Origin: Streptosporangiaceae bacterium
GTDB lineage: Bacteria; Actinomycetota; Actinomycetes; Streptosporangiales; Streptosporangiaceae
DNA length: 64,000 nt
Reading direction: 5' to 3'
NCBI GenBank assembly: GCA_035716545.1
Contig: DASTJM010000047.1
Span: forward strand, 2,868-66,867
Shown here piece by piece: positions 55,701-61,786 of the stretch. The position numbers and the translations under genes were made by a program. How positions within the stretch are numbered: position 1 is the stretch's first letter; the number at the start of each line of letters is the position of its first letter. The notes beneath the pieces were generated by a model. That model was not told where the DNA came from and searched no databases. It was given only the letters and a program-made list of their open reading frames with translations.

Positions 55701-57593
55701 GCCTACGGCAACGACAACCCGCTGACCGACACCGACCCGCTTGGCACGTGCAGCGGCTTCTTCTGCGCGCTCGGCTCGGTCGCCAGCGGAATCGGCAGCG
55801 CCGTGCATACGGCCGCGGCCGCGGTGGGCAGTGCGATCGGCAGCGCGGCACACGCCGTCGGCAGCGCGATCGGCAGCGCCGCCAGCGGGCTGGCGAACCT
55901 CGCGGGGCAAGGGTTCAACGCGTTCTTGTCCCAGGCCAGGAACCTGGCGCACTTCGCGATGTCCGCCGTGCACACCATCACCACGGCGGCGCAGAAGCTC
56001 AAGGACGCGGCGAGCACGGCCCTGCACGCGATCGTGCACGTGGCTAGCAACATCCCCGTCGTCGGCACCGTCGTCAAGGCGGCGGTGGTCACCTACCACG
56101 CGGTGAAATACGTGGCCACGGCCGCGAAGCAGTTCGTGCAGCAGCACGCGGCCGCGATTACCTCCTTCGTCGCGAGCACCGCGGTGTTCATGGGGTGCGA
56201 GGCGGCAGTCACCGCCCTGACGGCCGGAGCCGCGTCCCTGCCCGGCCTGGTCGGCTGCAGCGCGCTGGCCGGCGCGGTCGGCAACGCGGTGACCTACGCG
56301 ATGACCACCCCGGTCAGCAAGTGGAGCCTCGGCAGCTTCGCCGCCACGACGCTGCAGGGCGCGGCGGTCGGCGCGGCGTCCGGTCTGCTCGGCGGTCTCG
56401 GCGCCGAGCTGCTCGGCCCGGTCGTGGAGGCGATCGGCTCGCGACTTGGCCCTGCGGTCATCGATGACGCCGCCGACGCGGCCAGCGACCTGACCGACGG
56501 CGCGCTCGACAGCTCCGCGAGCGACGCCACCTCGGCTGCGGCCGACGCGGGTCCGTCCGCCGACGCGGGCCCATCCGCCGATTCCGGGCCGTCGGCCGAC
56601 TCGGGCCCGTCCGCTGACTCGGGCCCGTCCGCTGACTCGGGATCGCCGGCCGATTCCGGGCCGTCGGCCGATTCGGGTCCGTCCGACGAAACGCCGTCAT
56701 CGGATCCGTCATCATCGGAGCCCGGCGGTGACCAGAGCCCAGCAGAAGACGAGCCGGGCGAGACCTGCCCGCTCCAGAGTTTCACGGCGGGAACGCTGGT
56801 CTTGCTGGCCAGCGGCCGGACCGAAGCGATCAGCAAGTTGCGGATCGGCCAGCGAGTGCTGGCCACCAGCACCAAGACCGGCAAGAAAAGCTCGACCGCG
56901 ATCTCGGCGGTCGTCGTCCACTACGACACCAACCGCTATGACCTGACCATCGGCAATACCCGTGCCCGGGTCACGCTCAGGACGACGCGCACGCACCTGT
57001 TCTGGGTCACGCGCACCCGCCAGTGGGTCAAGGCGGCCGCCCTTCGCCGGGGCGACCGGCTGCGCGCGCGAGACGGCAGCACGATCACAGTGCTCGGCGG
57101 CCATGCTCCGGCGGTCACGGCTGGCTGGATGTGGGACCTCACCGTCCCGCGCGATCACGACTTCTATGTCGAGCCCGCTCCTGCTCACGGCGAGCAGCCA
57201 GGCGGCGCCGGCGCGGCCGCGCCGGGCATGGCCGTGCTGGTACATAACACCACCTGTTACCACGGCGGCCGTTACAAGGATCTCAAGGACCCGCTGACCA
57301 AGAAGAACTTCCCTGGCCAGGAGATTCACCACATGCCCGCGGACTCGGTCAGCCCGCTGACAACCGACGATGGCCCGGCGATCCAGATGGACCGAGCCGA
57401 CCACTACCAGACCGCCAGCTGGGGATCCTCGCGCGCCGCTCAGGCCTACCGGGCGACCCAGGCCAGCCTGATCGCCTCGGGCAACTACGCGGACGCGATC
57501 TTGATGGATATCGCCGATATTCAGGGCAAGTTCGGCAGCAAGTACGACGACGCGATTCTGGAGATGATCAGCAAGCTGCCCCCTGGCTGGTAA
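46791..57593 (+). CDS. giant secreted RHS/YD-repeat polymorphic toxin with Hint domain and C-terminal toxin module
   Basis: Signal peptide MRTPLAKLTVIAVAIATALLASITPATAAS, with an AAGGAAG RBS; an alternative ATG lies at 46758. It has a DNRLRE-type domain (AYPVIVDPN..), three LamG-like modules (FNGTSSYLQLP...WHYVVLTA..MYLDG) and dozens of YD repeats (Y.YD..G.L). The RHS core reads GSRWYDPATGQFISRD...NDNPLTDTDPLG. After it come a helical Ala/Gly-rich segment, the GPSAD repeat, a Hint domain (CPLQSFTAGTLVLL...VLVHNT) and a terminal ~115-aa domain. Confidence 0.92.
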   Translation: MRTPLAKLTVIAVAIATALLASITPATAASTRHASISWPGVAGWWAQLLHGQPRLDLPRQQSGSARGLPHQVPASATKAGPGHSHGHHPGRGKGQLPAFRLHGPVRASTKTKPYTGNGSHSFNPRTSRPLMAKATATTTLYRNADGTYTRLAYTQPTNYRTPGGSWHAINTTLVKTTSGRFREAASSTAISLASGAANSALVSVSYGQGEKASYSLLGAAPSAARPSKNALTYPHVLPHTDLVLSTVASGLDESLILHSPAAPNSWTFPLSLTGLTPRLAADGGIDLLTQGGKIAARIPPAHMQDASFQRRSGSHATSTAITYRLVTAGGKQAIQMTASKSWLDNPRRAYPVIVDPNFQASGTTYVQSGSPGDYSAYDDTIVGTWDNGVQIGNSFFAFAGLGSALAGQHISAASLHLFDYWASTCTPEPFNVAPVTQSWSVTGSKTYPGPSHGSSIGSVTITPTTAVCVTNTSGNTTIGQWAVVNLSTATFNSWTTGGADYGLMAYAGTTGNLTWKRFDSDNTSNPPYLALTYTPDVAPQVNSQYPASNYQSPTLTPELIASGSDADNWPSALKYVFTVYTPAGTQVATSGNISANHWSVPAGKLSWGQTYYWTVQDYDGFDYSNAVNASYFTTQVPQPLITGALAQNSDGHGFDQNVGNYTTSQTDASVQTAGPSLSVVRDYNSLDPRISGAFGAGWSSLYDMKATEVDDSSGAVTSVVITYPDGSEVGFGDNNGTFTPPLGRYATLTALPSHGGYTLTDKNDTTYTFTQAGSSSSVFDLSSISDYLGHTETFAYTAGQLATVTSGVSGRALHFTWTTPAGAQFPHVASVSTDPATTGQQSSALTWTYNYSGDALSAVCPPTSPAACESYSQVTGSHFPTAVLDAGPAAYWRLDDASGTTATDTVLASEGVNNATYSNVTLGQPAALPGSTATTAAFNGTSSYLQLPANLTSNASFLSGSYLTISLWFKTSADNEMLFGSSKDPLSAGSTPGNYSANLYVGSDGKLLGELYGSSAAMSSASSVANGSWHYVVLTAAGNTESMYLDGSLAATQAVQIGVTGQPNVYVGAGFFGGNWPDESHHEQSGNTGYASYFNGAISDVALYNHYLTAPQISVLYATGHSPVGLLSKLSTPLGNTQAQISYNSVTDRVTSVTDVKGGTWTLGAPAVAGSSQVYRSAVLGANPAGYWRLADPGTPAQAADEVLGGPASYSSVTLGGAGPFADATAATFNGTSSYLQLPSSDAPGTGPASIGLWFKMTSGSTAGGVLYDYESNAVTDAAQPTGQWVPALYVDTAGKLRGGFWSGSGANIASASPVNDGKWHYAVLSASPTSQSLYLDGTLAGTSATALAASSGNFVYVGAGESAGSWPSHPANTRGYFPGSIAEVAFYHSQLSQAQVLAQMAAAKSSGGLAPTETINVTDPGGHTLTYTYDPAEGNRLLSQADGLGNRTSYGYDTSGFLFTTTQPDGNVITTGHDVRGNLVSQTTCQNQAASQCSTEYYAYYPDDTSTALTPDPRNDLILTMRDGRSASATDNRYLTSYAYNAAGNQTSATTPPVPGFPDGRSTTMTYTTPTTPAVGGGSAPAGLLLATTTPGGGTETIGYYADGDVAQVTDPAGEVTKYGYDAIGRVTSKTVISNSYPAGLTTTYAYNGAGQVLTETDPAVTDHVTGDIHTPQTTNAYDADGNLTSVTVSDLTGGDAPRTTSYTYNNHDLMASKTDALGHVTSFTYDGYGNQASQTDANGNVTDYAYDADGHLLTVTLAGYTADPADPSAAAPLVEQSRAYDPDGRLASITDAMGRSTVYTYTDNGLVATLTRTNPATGQSYVEQSNTYDAAGNVIRRVTGNGTATTTNVVDPADRITSSTFDPAGLDRTTTYAYSPDDFVLNTTVSSGGTVTSDADVTRDALGRVTSSTVHDDSAGHPAGWWPLADGSSASAGSPAYAADKSGSGRTAYLSSSGVSWTSGAAVFNGTSGSAGTAGPSVSTTSSFSVSAWVNLASASATSYEDAVSQDGVNASGFELLYAGPAGEWSFARAQSDVANRTTAQVNSAGAAVAGTWTHLVGVYDSPGSTLTLYVNGVSQGSTPAGSAPWPAGGPTEIGRGLFNGSASDFFNGSIADVQVYQRVLSAADVSSLYAGGRSGGALGTRSRTTTYALDQRGLPVSVTDPNGNTTSYVYDEAGKQAQVTGPLVSTESAGGAPVLTHPVTTYGYDTFGEHVTTEDPDGNVTTVNYDAAGRPVSTVLPSYTPPDSSVPIVSTVSRTYDPIGQLTSATDPLGHVTSYAYDQLGDVATVTQPGGGVTHYTYDTDGEQLSATDPLGAQSEATYDLLGRALTSTQIVRQPTLTADTTTSAYADPAGYLSSVTSPAGVTTSYAYDAAGETTSVTDGAGDKTTYGYDAMGRQVLTTLPDGTGQHASYDEAGNAVATSSDDALGNVLAQTSSTFDLGGNPTSATDAMGNTTTFSYNALGLPAQEIQPVSATSSITTSFGYDAAGNLTRYTDGNGNPTIYTYNSWNLPESTIVPATAADPGLPDRTFTTAYNADGQPVTQSSPGGVTVTNSYDALGDVTGQAGTGADAPTTARTFGYDAAGDLVSASAPGGTDTFTYDDRGLLLSASGPSGSSSFGYNANGQETSQTTAAGTSTYGYDAAGRPATLTDATTGATLTYSYNSDSLVSSISYGTGAASQEFGYNSLHELTSDTLTAPGGGTEASISYGYNLDGDETSKTTTGFAGAFASTYTYDDAGRLTSWNNGTATVSYGYDADGNRTQVGASTFSYDARDELLSGGGATYAYTPRGTLASVTTPSGTANSAFDAFGELISQGAQQFSYDALGRVISGQGAAFAYSGTSNNVAADGSYSYSRDPSGGLIGVAPGTGAGLSHSAAVLALTDQHSDVVGEFTASGTALSGSASYDPLGGVTASASQLGNLGYQSGWTDPVTANVNMGSRWYDPATGQFISRDASANSAIPDPVSANTFAYGNDNPLTDTDPLGTCSGFFCALGSVASGIGSAVHTAAAAVGSAIGSAAHAVGSAIGSAASGLANLAGQGFNAFLSQARNLAHFAMSAVHTITTAAQKLKDAASTALHAIVHVASNIPVVGTVVKAAVVTYHAVKYVATAAKQFVQQHAAAITSFVASTAVFMGCEAAVTALTAGAASLPGLVGCSALAGAVGNAVTYAMTTPVSKWSLGSFAATTLQGAAVGAASGLLGGLGAELLGPVVEAIGSRLGPAVIDDAADAASDLTDGALDSSASDATSAAADAGPSADAGPSADSGPSADSGPSADSGPSADSGSPADSGPSADSGPSDETPSSDPSSSEPGGDQSPAEDEPGETCPLQSFTAGTLVLLASGRTEAISKLRIGQRVLATSTKTGKKSSTAISAVVVHYDTNRYDLTIGNTRARVTLRTTRTHLFWVTRTRQWVKAAALRRGDRLRARDGSTITVLGGHAPAVTAGWMWDLTVPRDHDFYVEPAPAHGEQPGGAGAAAPGMAVLVHNTTCYHGGRYKDLKDPLTKKNFPGQEIHHMPADSVSPLTTDDGPAIQMDRADHYQTASWGSSRAAQAYRATQASLIASGNYADAILMDIADIQGKFGSKYDDAILEMISKLPPGW
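56541..56690 (+). repeat. 15-bp in-frame tandem repeat (~10 units) encoding (D[AS]GPSA)n linker
   Basis: Units of the form gccgac(g/t)cgggtccgtcc encode DAGPSADAGPSADSGPSADSGPSADSGPSADSGSPADSGPSADSGPSDE. It lies between the helical segment and the Hint domain of the RHS protein. Confidence 0.85.
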
Positions 57594-57599
57594 AGGAAC

Positions 57600-58007
57600 G
57601 TGGACAATAGCGCCATGTGGTCAGCATCGATGCCCGATGCCAGCTTCGGCGAGAGCGCCGAGTCCGTTCACAGCAGGCTCGGCGCTCCGAAGGCGCGGTT
57701 CAACCGGACGCCTGACAGCGGGCCAACCGACCTGTACGCCGAGCACGGCGCGATGCTGACCTACGGCTCCGATGGCCTGCTCAGTTACATCGAACTGGTA
57801 CCACCGGCCGATCCGCGCTGGAATGACATCCAGCTTCTCGACCGTCCCTTCGCCGACGTCGCCCGTGACCTGAGAGAAGCCGGCCTCGACGGCGAGCCGT
57901 ACGACTCCGGCCTCGACTACCCGCAGATCGGGATGCGCCTGTACACCAGCCACCCTGGCTCCCCGGAGCTCCCGGTTGAGTCCGTCGGCCTCTACCCGGC
58001 GCCTTAG
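57600..58007 (+). CDS. candidate cognate immunity protein (hypothetical)
   Basis: A 135-aa ORF starts 7 nt after the toxin stop on the same strand. It has no signal peptide and no recognised domain, so the call rests on position. Start is GTG 57600 or ATG 57615. Confidence 0.55.
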   Translation: MDNSAMWSASMPDASFGESAESVHSRLGAPKARFNRTPDSGPTDLYAEHGAMLTYGSDGLLSYIELVPPADPRWNDIQLLDRPFADVARDLREAGLDGEPYDSGLDYPQIGMRLYTSHPGSPELPVESVGLYPAP

Positions 58008-58173
58008 CTCAGCGCCGAGCCGGTCGCCGCCTTTACCACCGCGATGCCACCGAAAGTCAAGAAACCAAAGAAGATCACGTCATAGCCTTAACGCAGTGTG
58101 ATGCATGACGGCCGCCCGAGAGGGAAGCCAACGTAGGTGACCCGGGATCGCGCAGAGTCGCGCGAGCGGGTTA

Positions 58174-59004
58174 GTGCAGGACGGGAGCGGCCAGATGAGC
58201 GAAGTTCATGAGATCGCGGCACGCGGATTCGGAGCCGAGGCTGCCGCTTACGACCGGGCAAGGCCGTCCTACCCGCCAGAGGCCATCGCCTGGATGATCG
58301 AGAAGCTGAGCATCGGGCCTGGACGGCAGGTCGTCGACCTGGCGGCGGGTACCGGCAAGCTGACCGCGCTCCTGGCGACCGCGGGCGCTGATCTCATCGC
58401 CGTGGAGCCGGTGAATTCCATGCGGGAACGGCTCAGCGACCGACTGCCCGACGTGCCCGTACTAGCCGGCGTGGCCGAAGCGCTGCCGCTGGCCGACAAG
58501 TCTGTTGACGCCGTCGTGGTCGCGCAGGCATTCCACTGGTTCGACGCCAGGAAGGCGATGGCCGAGATCGCCAGGGTCGTCAGGCCTGGCGGCTATCTCG
58601 GCCTTATCTGGAACGCCAGGGAACGCAGCATTGAATGGGTCGATCAGGTCTGGTCGGTGATGGACCGGGTTGAGCGGAGGGCACCCTGGCGGGAGCACCG
58701 AGACCGCGCGGGGCCGGCTGACAAGTCGCTGGCCCGCAGCGAGCGGTACCTGGCCGGGCCAGGCGACAGCAACTGGTCTCCGTGGACCGAGGAGACTTTT
58801 TTCCATGTGCACTACAGCAGCCACGACGAGGTCATCGACAGGATGCGCAGTGTCAGCCACATCGCCGTGCTGCCGGCGGCCTGTCAGGGCAACGTCCTCG
58901 ATGAAATACGAACGATACTGACCGAACATCCACAGACAAGGCAGCAGGAAACCGTCGGCATCCCCTACCGGGTGGATGCGATGTACTCGCAGCGCCTGCG
59001 CTAG
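58174..59004 (+). CDS. class I SAM-dependent methyltransferase
   Basis: Motif I VVDLAAGTGKLT, then post-I LIAVEP and VDAVVVAQAFHWF. An alternative ATG start lies at 58195. Confidence 0.85.
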   Translation: MQDGSGQMSEVHEIAARGFGAEAAAYDRARPSYPPEAIAWMIEKLSIGPGRQVVDLAAGTGKLTALLATAGADLIAVEPVNSMRERLSDRLPDVPVLAGVAEALPLADKSVDAVVVAQAFHWFDARKAMAEIARVVRPGGYLGLIWNARERSIEWVDQVWSVMDRVERRAPWREHRDRAGPADKSLARSERYLAGPGDSNWSPWTEETFFHVHYSSHDEVIDRMRSVSHIAVLPAACQGNVLDEIRTILTEHPQTRQQETVGIPYRVDAMYSQRLR

Positions 59005-59136
59005 TCCTGTGAGGAGCCGCATCGACCGCCATGCTCATCGGCGGACCATCACCGGCCCCGATGGTGTTAGATGGGGGCCACGCAGTTAGGGAGCCATCGT
59101 TGTGGGTCCCGAAGATCGCTCAACTAGGAGAAGTAC

Positions 59137-59340
59137 ATGCCTCAGGGCACCGTGAAATGGTTCAACTCAAGCAAGGGCTACGGATTTATCGCTCCCGATG
59201 ACGGCGGCGCCGACGTCTTCGTGCACCACACCGCCATCATGGCCGACGGGTTCCGCAACCTCGAGGAGAACCAGCGGGTCGAATTCGTCGCTGGCCAAAG
59301 CCAGAAGGGTCCACAGGCCGAGCAGGTCCGTCCGCTCTAA
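59137..59340 (+). CDS. cspA: cold-shock protein (CspA family)
   Basis: [34 protein letters not shown] carries the RNP1/RNP2 motifs. 67 aa, with an AGGAGA RBS and a long 5' leader. Confidence 0.95.
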   Translation: MPQGTVKWFNSSKGYGFIAPDDGGADVFVHHTAIMADGFRNLEENQRVEFVAGQSQKGPQAEQVRPL

Positions 59341-59426
59341 TGATCGCGTCCTGGGACCGTGCGGTCTTCACAGCCGCACGGTCACCACGGCGTTGCTTCA
59401 CCGGTGCCAGGCCAGGCCAGGCACCG

Positions 59427-60956
59427 CTACACCCCGCGCTGGGCCAGCACCCGGCCCGTTTTCGCCGCCTCGTCAAGCGCCATGAAGTCCTGCTCGTTCA
59501 GATCGGCATAGCGAGCGGCGAACTCGGCGACCGCCTTGTCAAAGGTGTCGGATGTGCCCAGGTACGCGGTGATCCCGATCCGGTCACCCGACCTGGCATG
59601 TGCACGGGCCAAGGTCCAGCCGCACACCTCGCCATAGTCGGATAGGCCGGCGGGCACCATCGCCTGGGTGTCGAACGAGTACTTCCAGTCGCGCAACTGA
59701 CGGACGTAAAAGTCCCTGACCACGCCGTCGGGCGCCGGGCTGACCCTGAGCCAGCCAAGGAAGATGTCGCTAGCCGCCTGCATCAGCCGCTGGCCCTCGA
59801 CCACGCGCTGGCCCTGGTTGTCGTACTTGCTCGCCCCCGCGAAACCGCTGAGCACCGCAGGCCCGGCCTCCTTGATCTGCAGAAAGAGCGGGTCGGCGGC
59901 GTCCTTGCCCAGCATCAGCATCATCCAGCAGCGAGTGCCCACACTCCCGACGCCGACCACCTTGCGGGCGACGTCAGCGTGCTCGAACCGGTACTGGCCG
60001 AGCAGGTACCTGCGGTCGGCTGGGAGCGTCCGCCGATATCGGTCGATCAGGCCGATGAGCTGTGACTCGATGCCGCTCGGGTCGGCATCCTCCGGGAGCA
60101 GGCTCGAGAGCGGGACGACCAGCGGCGGGTCGGCGACGATCCGCGGACGGCCGTCCACGGTCATAGTCAGCTTGTCCAGCGCCTGCATGCTGTCCTTGAC
60201 GCGGGCCTTGGCGACGCCCTTCTCGATACCCTGGCGCCGCCGGCTCGACAGCCGCTTCGACAGCTGGCTGGTCAGCTGGTCGACATCGGCCCGCGCGTAC
60301 CAGACTGTGAGGTTCGCCTGGCCGGCGAACATCGCCATCGTGAGCCGGTACCGACGCACAGCGGCTCGCACCAGGTCGGTACGCTGCATGCTTTTGATGC
60401 CGTTGTCGCGTGCCGCGATCTCCAGGCTTGCTGCCAGCCGTTTCACATCCCATTCCCACGGGCCCGGCAAAGTCTCGTCGAAGTCGTTGATATCGAAGGC
60501 AAGGTGGCGCTCGGCCGTGCCGAACAACCCGAAGTTGCCGACATGGGCGTCGCCGCACGCTTGCACCGAGAGGCCGGTGACTGGGGTACCGGCCAGGTCA
60601 TTCGCCATGGGCAGGGCCGCTCCCCTGAAATAGGAGAACGGCGAGGCGAGCATCCGGCCGTACCTGATAGGCACCAGATCGGGTTCGCGGCTGGCCGACT
60701 GCTCGATCAGGGCCTGGATCGGGTCACGTCCGTCTGCCGCCGCGCCGATCTCAGCGTGGCCGCTTCTCGGCACCTCGGACCTGAGCTGCCTGCCGCGCTC
60801 GGCCCGTTCAGCGGGAGTCAGGTCCTTGATCGAGGTGTCCAGCTGATACCTGCGGGCCGGCTGGCGAGCGGCCTGACGGGCCGATCGCGCCGACGTAGCC
60901 GTGCCGCGCTGGGCGGGAACGCCTCCTGCTTGCTCGCGCTGTTGCGTCTTCCTCAT
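59427..60956 (-). CDS. DUF2252-domain protein
   Basis: Reads LVPIRYGRMLASPFSYFRGAALPMANDL...ACGDAHVGNFGLF...FDINDFDET, characteristic of DUF2252. Confidence 0.85.
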   Translation of the reverse strand: MRKTQQREQAGGVPAQRGTATSARSARQAARQPARRYQLDTSIKDLTPAERAERGRQLRSEVPRSGHAEIGAAADGRDPIQALIEQSASREPDLVPIRYGRMLASPFSYFRGAALPMANDLAGTPVTGLSVQACGDAHVGNFGLFGTAERHLAFDINDFDETLPGPWEWDVKRLAASLEIAARDNGIKSMQRTDLVRAAVRRYRLTMAMFAGQANLTVWYARADVDQLTSQLSKRLSSRRRQGIEKGVAKARVKDSMQALDKLTMTVDGRPRIVADPPLVVPLSSLLPEDADPSGIESQLIGLIDRYRRTLPADRRYLLGQYRFEHADVARKVVGVGSVGTRCWMMLMLGKDAADPLFLQIKEAGPAVLSGFAGASKYDNQGQRVVEGQRLMQAASDIFLGWLRVSPAPDGVVRDFYVRQLRDWKYSFDTQAMVPAGLSDYGEVCGWTLARAHARSGDRIGITAYLGTSDTFDKAVAEFAARYADLNEQDFMALDEAAKTGRVLAQRGV

Positions 60957-61132
60957 GTGCGCCAGTGAACGCCGCTGAGCGCCGGCCGCGTCATCCTGAC
61001 TGGGTGAAGTTTGATTCGGCTGTCCCTTTCACTCGGGCCGGGTGATGTGCGGCGGTTCGAGCTGCCCGATCGTGGCCGTGGCAGCAAGAGGCGGCCGCGC
61101 GCCACCGCCGGCCATAGAGGGAGGAGCCCGGC

Positions 61133-61621
61133 ATGTCATCGCTGACTGTCTGGAAGTTCAGGTCACCTGACGGCGCGCAGGACGCGCTCGATGAACTGCT
61201 GCGGCTGCAGCGGCAAGAGCTCATTCAGGTCATCGACGCTGCGACGGTGAGCTGGGAGGAGGGCAGGAAGAAGCCAAAGACCCGCGAACTGCGCGATACA
61301 AAGAAAGCGGGCGCGCTTGGCGGCGGCTTCTGGGGCTTGCTGTTCGGCCTGATCTTCTTCATCCCGATTCTGGGCCTCGCGATCGGAGCCGCGACGGGCG
61401 CGCTCATCGGCTCGATGGCCGATGTCGGCATCAGCGACTCGTTCATCCGGGACGTCAGGGAGAAAGTGACTCCCGGAACCTCGGCGCTGTTCCTGCTGAG
61501 CTCTGACGCCGTCATGGACCGGGTAGCCGAGCGGTTCAGCTCGACCGACGCCGAGCTGATCAGGACCAACCTGTCCGCCGACCAGGAAGCCAAGCTGAGG
61601 GAGGCCTTCAGCGAGGAGTAG
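61133..61621 (+). CDS. DUF1269-domain membrane protein
   Basis: Reads LTVWKFRSPDGAQDAL..., a glycine-zipper TM region GGGFWGLLFGLIFFIPILGLAIGAATGALIGSM, then DVGISDSFIRDVREKVTPGTSALFLL. Confidence 0.85.
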   Translation: MSSLTVWKFRSPDGAQDALDELLRLQRQELIQVIDAATVSWEEGRKKPKTRELRDTKKAGALGGGFWGLLFGLIFFIPILGLAIGAATGALIGSMADVGISDSFIRDVREKVTPGTSALFLLSSDAVMDRVAERFSSTDAELIRTNLSADQEAKLREAFSEE

Positions 61622-61786
61622 CCGCCACCACGCTGGCCAGGTCGCCCCGCGACGCGCCCGATGCGCGGTTGCTGCCCGCATCCTGCGGGTACGGTCGGTA
61701 TCGGGTTCTGAGCTGCGCGTTCGCCCGTCGGGAATGGGGCCTGACTGAACTACGGCGACGCAGCGCTCATGCCCGTCGGGGGATAA

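Noticed and set aside
56766-57248. The Hint domain as a genuine protein-splicing intein or mobile intein.
   Set aside because: There is no homing-endonuclease insert. It does not interrupt a conserved host protein, since the flanks are a repeat linker and a toxin module. Its position matches the pre-toxin Hint domains of polymorphic toxins.
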